Notes: generated from the sequence alone by a model not told the origin. Positions 10,869 to 22,161 are shown, numbered from the stretch's first letter. The stretch is DNA of 64,000 nt from Epiperipatus broadwayi (GCA_028023455.1 JAQFVV010000009.1:5828001-5892000), one strand, 5' to 3'. Translations and numbers: made by a program.

Positions 10869-13800
10869 TGTAGTGTTTTGTAAAAATGGCAGACATGTTT
10901 GTACACTCCAGAAAAACTAGAATTTATTTGAGAGGTTGTATTGTGGAATTTAATTAAGGCATTGATGTAATGGCGATCGACAATTCCAAGAAATATTTGC
11001 TGATTGCAAATATTTCTAGATAAGAGACGTTACCTTATTGGACGGTATATTGATTGATTGTTGCAGTTATCAGAATTGATAAGAAGACTGGGTAACAACT
11101 ACGCAGTGTAATATAGAGAGTATTAGAGGCAGTATTTGAGTAGAGATATCTCGCGTCAGTGCTTGCGGTTAATGACCAGCGCCCAGTGGAAATGTAGTCC
11201 ACGGGTGTAGCTGAAAGAGCCCACAGAGATGGGGAGACCGCAGCGGAGATATTCAGAGCAGTCATTGCAGGGCATTTGTTGCCAGAGAATACAGTGTATT
11301 GAGAGCATTCGTTGCAGAGCATTTGTTGCCAGAGAATACAGAGTGTATCGAGAGCATTCGTTGCAGAGCACTTTGAGCAGAGCATCCATTGCAAGAGAAC
11401 AGCGTGGGAATTGAAAATTAGCGAACTGTAAAGATAGAGTATTGCAGACTACGTAAAATCTTGTGAGTCTTATTGTATATAGTTATTTGCTGACCGCACA
11501 GTCATACTGGCAGATATAACAATAATATATTTTAATTTGCAGTTATGATAAACCGTAATAAAACCAAATTACATTTATTTGTAATTTGTTAGGTCATTTA
11601 TTTTCTATTGAATAGATCACGGTATTCAGAATAAAAGCCTTGTAAATTTGATATCTTTCATTAGCATATTAAGCCGCATCGTTTTGATTATTTATTGATT
11701 TTATTCATATATGTGCCTGGTATTTGCATATTCATTAATCATTAATCTATGTTCCAATATATCATTTTTGGAATAGGCAAATCACTACCGATAATTATGT
11801 GAAAACCAGTGTTATTAATTATGTGTAAATAGATTCACAGTGTATTTATTTAAAGTATATTATCCATATTTGTTTACTCAAGTTCTAACCAATTATTATA
11901 AATAAATTATTAACAATTTAATAAGTTATTCTTGTTCCTTCCATGCGTGCACATCGTTGATTAGATTACATTATATATGATAGAGTACATGGATTTTAAA
12001 CCAGTCTATGACATCTGTTAATGATTCGTAGAAAATAGTAATATAGTTATCAGGTAGCTCATCCTATTGGGGGGGGGGGGTCAGGTTAACCAATTTTCCT
12101 ATAGATCTCGTTTCTCTGCTGTTGCTCTGAAACAGGAATGAATGAAATTTCATTTGTTATCATCAGAAATGTTGTTCGTAATGTTATAGATTTGGATAAT
12201 AGGCAATAGGGCAGAGTTCATGATTGTTTCTGACTTATGGATCTTGCATATGATTGGACTCTAGGTACTTTTGCCTAGATATTAGCTCTTGTTAGATGAA
12301 CATATAATTCTGACCATTACAGTATATGTGATTTGACTTTTGGCAGATAATTAATGATAAGATAAATATGATATAAATGACATACAAATATTTTTTCTTG
12401 TATATCTAGTTAAAATTTTTCTCATTAATTTCTAATATTTTCATTTCATCTTCTTACTGTGAAATTTGTACTCAGATGTATGCTATTATAATAATTACAA
12501 ACAAAATCTATCTAGAAGACTTCAATGAATTCCTTATATGTATATCTTCTGTTACTACATGATTACCTATATTTCTTGATAAATCCTCTTCATGGCATAT
12601 CATGACAAATATGTATTTGCCTTCTTTCTTTTTTATTTTTTTACTGGCAATTTTAAACAAGTTCCTATGAATTTCCTTCTACACATCAAAGAAGATTAAT
12701 AATAATACAATTAATAAAATAATCTTTTATCAAATATCCATAAATTTATTTTCACAAAATTTTCAAGTTAAATCAAAAATAAGAATCAAGAGTGTAATAA
12801 TGATGACACATCTTTGCTTTTTATGAGTTATGATGCAAATTAATGCAACCATCTCTATTGTCAGTAAACATATTTCATCATACATACCGAGTTCCAACAA
12901 CAAACAACATTGTTAAAGATATTAAAATCATCAATCAATTCAAATAACTTGTTTTGTATGATATTTGGGTCATATCTTTTATAGAAATCTGTCAATAGCA
13001 TATTTAATTCCACTATTATAATCTTATTGGCAAAATTATTTCTCCTCATCTAGTAAAATTAATTACATTCTAGAACTGTACATTGGCATAAGCTATCAAT
13101 TAAAAAACTAATGAAATTGAAAGAACACTATATTTAATATTGGAATCAAATTTATATTCACATTTCCAACAAAATTCTTCAATGACTGCTTAAAATTCTT
13201 CAATATAGACATTATATGTTATAACGTTTTCCGTTTTGCTAGGCCTCTACACGCTAATATAAACTGCGCGCGAGTTGATCAAGCTATGTCAAAAAAGAAG
13301 AAAGTTGTATTTCTATTTCTAAAACATAACTATATTTCCTGATCAAACTCGGCCTATTAATTGTTGAGAATTATGCTATTGACAAAATCAGCTTTTAATT
13401 TATTTAATATGGGCGTCAGGTCCTTTTATTCTAAAGAGATCGCTGAAATAGTCAAATAACATCTCACGAATAAAAAAAAAATACCTTTAAACTAATCGGT
13501 ATTACATCATACCATAACGAGAATTATTTTTTTAAGATTATTATTCCTGGGCTTATTGAAACATATTGGCAAAGGTAAATTACGTTTTAAATCTTATTAA
13601 ACTAATAATAAATTTAATAATAAAAAAATAATAACTATTATTAGTAACGCACAATGAAAAAGGCTGATAAAAGTAAAATCTCTTTTATTCCAACAAACTA
13701 AAAATATTTGTAAGTCAAATTATGAATTAACTAAACTGGAGAGAACATGAATCAATTTATAAAAAACAGTTGGATAAAGTAATTTAATAATGTTCACTTA

Positions 13801-14685
13801 TTACAATTCATTTACATGATCTTGTATAAAATTATTTAAACGAAAGTCTCTTTAATAAGAAAATTAATGTCTATATCGAGATTATTTTAAGACTTGTTTG
13901 CAAACGCTTAATTTTGTCACAATCAGGAATAAGTAAGTTTTAGTGAATTCACGATGTTGTAGATAACTATGCATAGTTTTTCGGGGTTAAATTGAGCTCA
14001 CGGCCTTTGATTATTAGTTGATCTTGGTGCTGGTTCCATAGGCTAGTTGCGTAAGCTTCTCTGGTGTCTATCGATGTACTCTCGTATGAATAACTTTTTC
14101 ATCGTAGAGTGGTCTGGATACTTTAATCCAAAACCAACCAAAAGAATATCAGGCAAACCAAGACATTCCTCCAACCGAACCCCTCCTTTTTATACTAGAG
14201 GTCCAGTTTTCAGACTTCTGCGCATATTTTTTGTTTGTCAAAATATATGTTGATAATCTTATGTATTCTATATAAAATTTATGTTACAAAATCTTTATTT
14301 TTTTCAGCATAATTCTGCCATCTTTAATTAGTTGAAATATTTTTACTTTCTCTTATCTAGATTGGTAATTTGTGTCTTTTGTTCTCTCCAATTCCAACTT
14401 TTATTTCTAATTACATAAAAAAAATATAAAAGACAATTTTAACTTTCATTGTATGTTTTTTTTTTTTTTTACAAAAATAACTTATACTAAAAAAAAATCT
14501 ACATTTACTTTTATTTTTTTTAGCTTTTACCAAATGCCAATATATTTGTACCGTATATAAATAAACGGTACAATGTATATGATGCTAATTCTATTTTTTT
14601 TTTTTAACAATACAAAAACTTTTCTAATAACTTTTACTCAACTATTATCAAAAAATTTTAAATCAGGCAAAAGTAAAATGTAAAC

Positions 14686-14770
14686 TATTATAATTTCTAA
14701 TAATTAAATACAAGTACACCTGGGTCTATATTATAATTTCTAATAATTAAATACAAGTACACCTGGGTCT
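14686..14770. repeat. 43-bp-period tandem duplication spanning a TE junction
   Basis: tattataatttctaataattaaatacaagtacacctgggtct at 14686-14727 and 14729-14770. Confidence 0.9.
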
Positions 14771-15698
14771 CATTTTATGCGGTATATAGGTTCCACAGAA
14801 AACCCGCATTAAAAAAAATCGCACAAAAATAGACTTAACTTATCTTGAAAAATGGGGGATAAGTTCTGTATTTTTCAAAATTCGCATTAAAAAAATAAGC
14901 AAATAAAAGTATGACTAATAAAAAATTTCAAATATTTGAAAAAAATTAATACAAAACAAGCTTTTTTTACTTTTTTTATTAACTACAGTATTTAATTTTA
15001 CATTTTTCATACATATTTTAATCATTACCGCTAGCGTTCGTTTGTAAACTGGTAAGAATTCAGATTGGATGTGATGTATTGTGGCTTCTCCTTAAACGAA
15101 GTCAAGAATCTCTCAGCAATTATGCCCAGAAAAACCTATTAGCCACTTTATTTTTATTCGTGATGTGATGTACAACTAGCGCCACTTTTATTTTTGTGCT
15201 GTGTTAATGGTTTTCTGTTTCTATATTTAAAAAAATGAGATCGTAATCAAAACAAAAAGATTATACATTATCATTAGAAAGATTATTTTCAGTTTATAAA
15301 ATCTTGGTTTTTTATTTTAAAAATCTAAAAGATTATTTATTTCTGTTATATATAACAAAATACGGTTTAAAAGTTTAAATTTTTTTGAATATTTATTGCA
15401 TATTTTTATAAGTAAGTATAAATCTATTATTGTTATTTACTCATTATTATAAATAGGTTATTTACATAGAAGCTAAAATTCTAAATACAGCTTCAGGCCA
15501 TATTCACGTTAGCTGCTAATATAACCATATATTTTTGGAAAAAAAAAAAAAGTATTTCAAGTCAAAATAAGTTATTAATAATTTAAATTTTTTGATATCT
15601 AATAAATATAGTGAAATTTGAAAGATATTAAGAAGAAACATGAATCGTATAACTTTAAAATCGCATTAAAATAATCCGCATAAAACGAGCCCCAGGTG
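14760..15698. mobile_element. Tc1/mariner-pogo-type MITE
   Basis: TIRs cacctgggtctcattttatgcgg (from 14760) and ccgcataaaacgagccccaggtg (to 15698), each flanked by TA. No transposase ORF. Confidence 0.8.
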
Positions 15699-16806
15699 TA
15701 TATTATATATACTTTTAAGCTAGATGTAATTAAAGGGAATTTGAACCCAGATTTACAAACTCCTTTAGTCATCCACTCCATCTTTAAACTTTTAAAATAA
15801 CTTTCCCACTGATTAAAAAAAAAACTTATGCTAAAAAATGATATAATGGTGATAGGTAGCATTTCGTATTTGTATTTTCTAGATTCAAGGAATTGTGAAT
15901 AGCAAGGATTGGTTATACTTTCCATATATAAAAAAATCACATAACATCACTTCTGTCATTTAAAAAATAAAATAATATTTAAAAAAAAAACATTTATTTA
16001 AAAATAATGCTTTTATGAAACAATGCAAAATGGTTTTTAATCAGATTACTTTCTTATTTTCTATCTTTTCATCAGGTTGTTTACATAAAAGCAATATTTT
16101 AAAAAAATGTTTTTTTAATATTATTTTATTTTTTAGTTATTAAAAAAAAACAGTTTCAATTTAAATAAAATAATTTTCTTCATTAGTTTTTTATGTTTCT
16201 TGTTCTCTCCACAAAAGAGGGGCTTGTTTACAAGATTGTGATTGTTCTATTTCTTCATTTTGATTTTTGAAAGTGAAAACATACAATTCTCTAACCCTTT
16301 TTTACATATTTATTATTTTTTTCACAAAATATTTATGAAGTATTAATTATTTCAGAAGAATAATTCAGATTTTAATAGAAAATATTTATTTTTAATTAAT
16401 TTTTAAAGTAAGAGTTAAATCAATATGAACAAATTTTATTCTACAAACATAATATTTCCATTGGCTCAGTTGCTAAGGATTTTTCCTGGGAAGCAATAAT
16501 ATGAGTTCTAAATGGGAATGTTTTTTTTTTTTCATTGTTAAAAATTAAAAAATGTGGATACTTCTGGCAGAAATATAGACAAAAATGTGGACACATTGAC
16601 AGAAACAGTGGCAGGGGAAGTTAATATAAAAGCATAAAAAGAAAAAGAAATCCAATAATTACAATATTTATAAAATAAAAAGTTAGATAGCTGGATTTAA
16701 AGACATTTTCATGTCCGAAAAATTCAGTTTCTTCTTAAATATACGTTTGAAATAAGTGCTGGTTTTTTGAGTTGATATTTTAGGTCTAGTGTCCGAATAT
16801 TCTAGC

Positions 16807-16850
16807 TCTCCACTGACGTGGGCCATAAGCCCGAAACCATGGTCTGGAGA
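16807..16850 (+). ncRNA. Minimal type I hammerhead ribozyme motif, copy 1
   Basis: Stem I UCUCCA/UGGAGA; core CUGACGU (A9 replaced by U); stem II GGGC-CAUAA-GCCC; GAAA; stem III AC-CAUG-GU (palindrome ACCAUGGU); GUC cleavage triplet, predicted cut after 16844. Confidence 0.75.
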
Positions 16851-17221
16851 TAAGAGTGTTCTGGATAGAGATTTTAAATATTTCTCATAACCGCACTTGT
16901 TAATTTACGAGCTTGTTAGAGCTATTGGTACGCTCTCTATGTGCATTTTTGTAATTACAAGCTCATAAAAGTAATGTCATGTTATATATGACTTGCTTTA
17001 TTAATTATTATAATTTTACCTTTAAGGCTTTGGCTATGCTGAGCCTATTAGAATATGGTAGATCTGAATATACTTCAGTCCCATATAGCTATTTAAGTTA
17101 GATAGCTGGATTTAAAGACATTTTCATCTTCCGATCTCAGAGTTTCTTCTTAAATATACGTTTGAAATAAGTGCTGGTTTTTTGAGTTGATATTTTAGGT
17201 CTAGTGTCCGAATATTCTAGC

Positions 17222-17265
17222 TCTCCACTGACGTGGGCCATAAGCCCGAAACCATGGTCTGGAGA
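17222..17265 (+). ncRNA. Minimal type I hammerhead ribozyme motif, copy 2
   Basis: Identical to copy 1. Predicted cut after 17259. Confidence 0.72.
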
Positions 17266-17639
17266 TAAGAGTGTTCTGGATAGAGATTTTAAATATTTCT
17301 CATAACCGCACTTGTTAATTTACTGAGCTTGTTAGAGCTATTGGTACGCTCTCTATGTGCATTTTTGTAATTACAAGCTCATAAAAGTAATGTCATGTTA
17401 TATATGACTTGCTTTATTAATTATTATAATTTTACCTTTAAGGCTTTGGCTATGCTGAGCCTATTAGAATATGGTAGATCTGAATATACTTCAGTCCCAT
17501 ATAGCTATTTAAGTTAGATAGCTGGATTTAAAGACATTTTCATGTCCGAAAAATTCAGAGTTTCTTCTTAAATATACGTTTGAAATAAGTGCTGGTTTTT
17601 TGAGTTGATATTTTAGGTCTAGTGTCCGAATATTCTAGC

Positions 17640-17683
17640 TCTCCACTGACGTGGGCCATAAGCCCGAAACCATGGTCTGGAGA
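17640..17683 (+). ncRNA. Minimal type I hammerhead ribozyme motif, copy 3
   Basis: Identical to copy 1. Predicted cut after 17677. Confidence 0.72.
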
Positions 17684-18053
17684 TAAGAGTGTTCTGGATA
17701 GAGATTTTAAATATTTCTCATAACCGCACTTGTTAATTTACGAGCTTGTTAGATCTAGAAGAGATCGGAAGAGCGTTTTTGTAATTACAAGCTCATAAAA
17801 GTAATGTCATGTTATATATGACTTGCTTTATTAATTATTATAATTTTACCTTTAAGGCTTTGGCTATGCTGAGCCTATTAGAATATGGTAGATCTGAATA
17901 TACTTCAGTCCCATATAGCTATTTAAGTTAGATAGCTGGATTTAAAGACATTTTCATGTCCGAAAAATTCAGAGTTTCTTCTTAAATATACGTTTGAAAT
18001 AAGTGCTGGTTTTTTGAGTTGATATTTTAGGTCTAGTGTCCGAATATTCTAGC

Positions 18054-18097
18054 TCTCCACTGACGTGGGCCATAAGCCCGAAACCATGGTCTGGAGA
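18054..18097 (+). ncRNA. Minimal type I hammerhead ribozyme motif, copy 4
   Basis: Identical to copy 1. Predicted cut after 18091. Confidence 0.72.
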
Positions 18098-18606
18098 TAA
18101 GAGTGTTCTGGATAGAGATTTTAAATATTTCTCATAACCGCACTTGTTAATTTACGAGCTTGTTAGAGCTATTGGTACGCTCTCTATGTGCAAAATAAAA
18201 ACTGTATGAATACATTGTTGTTAAATTTTTCACAATGTATATCTTGACAATACACAATAGATGCCTTTCTTTTAAAGGAAAGGGTGGAGAATTAAAAAAT
18301 AAGAATAAAACTGTTTTGTTTATTTTTGTTAATTAATAAATTAGCAATTATTAAATTTTTCTGATTTGATTAGTGTTTCTTATATTGATTAGTTATTTAG
18401 CATTTAAAGTAGCTATTATTTCTAAGTTTTGTAAAAATAACTCCTCTTACCTTAAAGTTCTTTGATAATTACTCCTTCGTTTTTTATGTGCTAGACGATT
18501 TGCTGCTAGTGAAGGAATTATTTTTCTAGTAATACCTGCCAAAACAGAAACATGAATACTAAAATCATAATACAATACATATGTATACAATTTCTAATAT
18601 ATATAT

Positions 18607-19761
18607 TGTAACGGGCACATATGCCATTACATTATTTTTTAAAAATTGAGACACTGAAAAGTTCACATATAAAAACTTTTTTTTTTAAGACAAAAATTGA
18701 AAATTAATTCTATCTTAAACTCGTATATATATATATAAAATCGCACAGATGAAAAAAAAATTATTAAAATAAAACTTTATTAAAAAGAGAAAAAGTATTT
18801 TAAAAGCAAAAACTTAAAAAGATTTAGAGATAAAAATATATCTTTAGTTCGCAAAATAATTTAATTAATTCTATTGTATAAAATGGAAATGATTATTTTA
18901 ATTAGTAAAAGAAAACCAGCCCTTGGGCATTTCAAAATGCATAAGCAAAGGTCAGATAGGAGAGGACAAACAATAGGAACAGAATGGCCAATGAAGAAAT
19001 CCATCGGGGAATCGGACCTCAGCGAAAAGACCATCACCATCGATGACGTAATGCCCATTGGATCCGAAAGTTTACATATAAAAGAAAAAGTTTGGAAATA
19101 AATTTTTAGTGAGTGAAGAAAATTTAAGAGAAGACGGAGATGTATTAAATCGGAAAGTTGGAGGTGAAGGGATTGAAAGATGCACTTTCAATTCCTTCAG
19201 TGGTTATAAAAAAAAGAAGAAATGAAACATCATTTTTTTCTACATTGAGGACCACGGGATCATCAGGGGATTTAACGTTGGATTCCAAACGGCAAGCAAC
19301 TGTAAAGGATGAACTTTTCTAAAACAGTAAGAACTATATAACTAATGAACATTTCTAAAACTGTAAGAACTTTATGAACTCTAAGGCATATTAATTTGAA
19401 AACAATAAGAACTCTAAATTCTAAACCTTTCAGTAAATAATACAAATAAAATCCTATCTGACCAACATAATGTTATTTGTTTGATGTATTTTTTTTTTTT
19501 TATTTAAAATCATTTCCATTTATTTTTTTTTGTTCTTTTAAGTTTTGATTTTTGTTTCTCGTTAAACTAAACTTAAGTCGGGCATGAATGTCTGCATAGA
19601 TTTGTAAAATTATATATGTTAGTTTAAGGGAGGGTAATCTTAGGTTATTAGTTTCATAGTTAAATTGGGTCAATGGATTGGATATATCGGTGTAATTTGT
19701 AGATGTAGTATGAGATTCGCTATTTGCAGGATCGATTTATACGATGCACCCCCCCTTTTTT
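18607..19761 (-). mobile_element. Probable isolated 3' LTR with upstream polypurine tract
   Basis: On the minus strand, AAAAAAGGGGGGG (19749-19761) is followed by TG (19748), and the segment ends ...cccgttaca at 18607. AATAAA lies near 18780, and CCAAT and TGACGTAA-like motifs lie inside. No partner LTR or TSD was found. Confidence 0.4.
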
Positions 19762-20128
19762 GCCTATGGAAGGGATAGTAAGATGGAGAATGCAATCCCT
19801 TCCTATGGAGTTTTTTGTTTATTGTTCTTCTTGCCCGATAGATGTAGCATTCCTATTTGGTTGAGAGTCAATGTCATTTTGGTATTGTTGTATTCATGCT
19901 ACATTTACATTGAATACATTGATATATCAGATAGATTGACGTTGATTTGGCTGCGAACTTTTGGCCTAAGGTTAAATCAGGGATAAAATATTTTTCTTTT
20001 CAAATGCAATCTGTGTAGTTTATTCATACTCGACACTTAAATAAACTATTAAATTCATCTGTACAAACTTCAAAATAAAAGTTAAAAATGTAGTTAAATG
20101 CTAAAGTAAACATACTAAAATAATAATG

Positions 20129-21007
20129 ACATTCATATCGGCTTTTTCAAACCAAATTGTGCAAACGCTTTTTGCGTGTTAAATAATAAATGAATACCCT
20201 CTGACCCATACAAGATATAGAATTTATGCAGCAATAAAAGGAATCCTCTTATTACTACGACTCAAATATTTATATATGAGCAAATCTGAAGTACTGGCAC
20301 AGAAGGTGTGACTATAGAACAGTCACTTTGAATTACTATATATAACTTATGAATGAATGACACTGATGAAATTTACTAGAATTTACTGAACGTCATTCCA
20401 ACTGAAATTAATCATATATATAAATCAGCATTTATTTTTTATAGCGTCTGTATACAATTGTAATCACATTCATATCGGCTTTTTCAAACCAAATTGTGCA
20501 AACGCTTTTTGCGAGTGTTAAATAATAAATGAATACCCTCTGACCCATACAAGATATAGAATTTATGCAGCAATAAAAGGAATCCTCTTATTACTATGAC
20601 TCAAATATTTATATATGAGCAAATCTGAAGTACTGGCACAGACGCTATAAAAAATAAATGCTGATTTATATATATGATTAATTTCAATTGGAATGACGTT
20701 CAGTAAATTCTAGTAAATTTCATTAGCGTCATTCATTCATAAGTTATATATAGTAATTCAAAGTGACTGTTCTATAGTCACACCTTCTGTGCCAGTACTT
20801 CAGATTTACTCATATATAAATATTTGAGTCGTAGTAATAAGAGGATTCCTTTTATTGCTGCATAAATTCTATATCTTGTATGGGTCAGAGGGTATTCATT
20901 TATTATTTAACACTCGCAAAAAGCGTTTGCACAATTTGGTTTGAAAAAGCCGATATGAATGTGATTACAATTGTATACAGACGCTATAAAAAATAAATGC
21001 TGATTTA
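20129..21007. mobile_element. Permuted direct-plus-inverted multimer of a ~339-bp unit with 13-bp TSD
   Basis: Forward A-B-A (20129-20640), then reverse-complement B-A-B(part) (20641-21007). The junction has acag microhomology. taaaataataatg flanks it at 20116-20128 and 21008-21020. Confidence 0.85.
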
Positions 21008-22062
21008 TAAAATAATAATGCTAAATTTTATATATATGTGCGTAAATAAATGTTTGTGTGTTAATTACTGGCAGTGGCTTATTTTATTCTTTTTTAATAT
21101 TGAAATATTCTTAGATAAGAATTTATAAAAAATAAATCTCTGCTGTTCCACTGAGCTAGTGACATTGGGCTAACGGTTGGTCAAAATATATAAAGAAAAA
21201 AAAAATTATTTTTTTTAACTTACGTATCTGCCTACTATATAAATTTTCTAGGTTCAATTGGCCTAGATGGCGCCCTTGTAGTGAAAATATGGTGAGACTA
21301 TTTCTGATCACCCTCTCCCCGACCATTATAATATACATACAATAAATTATATATATATTAATATAATAGAACAATCAACCAACATATGTTTATAAACTAT
21401 TGCTTTTCATTGCTTGTAAGATTTTACTAAGTCTATCGAACACTTAATTGAACCTTAAGAAGTAAATATTTCATCCTAAGAAATCCCATTCTTTAGATAC
21501 ATAATATAAACCAACTTAATGAAATTCCATAAGCCCCCTCCCCAAAGTTAAATTATAGCTTTCTCTTTTTCATATGAATAAAATTACTTGACATAATGTT
21601 TTTGAATATCCATGTATTTATAAATAAATCTGTTTGCAATTTTAAAAGGATATCAGATATAAATTTGAAGTCTTTCAACTATTCAATTATCCAGTAATCA
21701 TACATCTGCTCCCTACTCCCCATGATTGTCACCATTCTACAACTTTAACTGTAATTTTATTTTGATCATTCTTATAATTCCCAAAATAAGATAATAATAA
21801 GATTAGTTTCACTAAGGCTATGATAGTTACACTCACAATACTTTGGATTATCAAGGTTTCTTATGCAAAAGAAAGTTTTTTTAAAAAAATAATAACGCTC
21901 TTGACTGTTCATAAAGAAAATTTATTTTCTGATCCAAATATATTTGAGAATTGTATAATATAAATTCCATCAATATTTATACAATTGCTTTATAAATGTT
22001 TTGTTATTTGTTACATGAAATAAGTATATATTTCATGTAGAAAATGTATCTAAAAATGAATA

Positions 22063-22161
22063 ATGCTCATTTAAAATTATAGACTTGCCAGCAATTATAG
22101 CTCTCAGACTATGCTCATTTAAAATTATAGACTTCCCAGCAATTATAGCTCTCAGACTATG
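22063..22161. repeat. 48-bp tandem duplication
   Basis: atgctcatttaaaattatagactt(g/c)ccagcaattatagctctcagact at 22063 and 22111. Confidence 0.9.

Larger units (their letters stand above)
9887..11521 (+). mobile_element. Non-autonomous LTR retrotransposon (TRIM-like): LTR - 325-bp non-coding core - LTR
   Basis: LTR1 9887-10543 (657 bp) and LTR2 10869-11521 (653 bp), both TGT...ACA. 5-bp TSD ataat (9882-9886, 11522-11526). PBS follows LTR1 and PPT precedes LTR2. No gag/pol ORF. Confidence 0.92.
16681..18192 (+). repeat. Tandem array, ~3.6 copies of a ~417-bp non-coding unit (retrozyme/PLE pseudo-LTR-like)
   Basis: Unit starts at 16681, 17096, 17512 and 17926. Copies are nearly identical except at two adapter-derived patches. 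Flanked by aaaataaaaa (16672-16681, 18192-18201). Confidence 0.93.

Noticed and set aside
10136-11414. ORF-track ORFs with repeated ATNAL/CNECS peptides
   Set aside because: They lie wholly in the LTRs and reflect the short internal repeats. They differ by frameshifts between the two LTRs.
12069-12080. Poly-G run (also 26037-26049) as a G-quadruplex or regulatory site
   Set aside because: These are single homopolymers that may be slippage or sequencing artefacts.
13217-13230. tgttataac as an LTR terminus
   Set aside because: No adjacent PBS or PPT, partner end or TSD was found.
16681-18192. CRISPR-like array
   Set aside because: Whole ~417-bp units repeat with no unique spacers, there are no cas genes, and the context is eukaryotic.
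18874-19101. 75-aa ORF
   Set aside because: No recognisable motif, and it lies inside the probable LTR.
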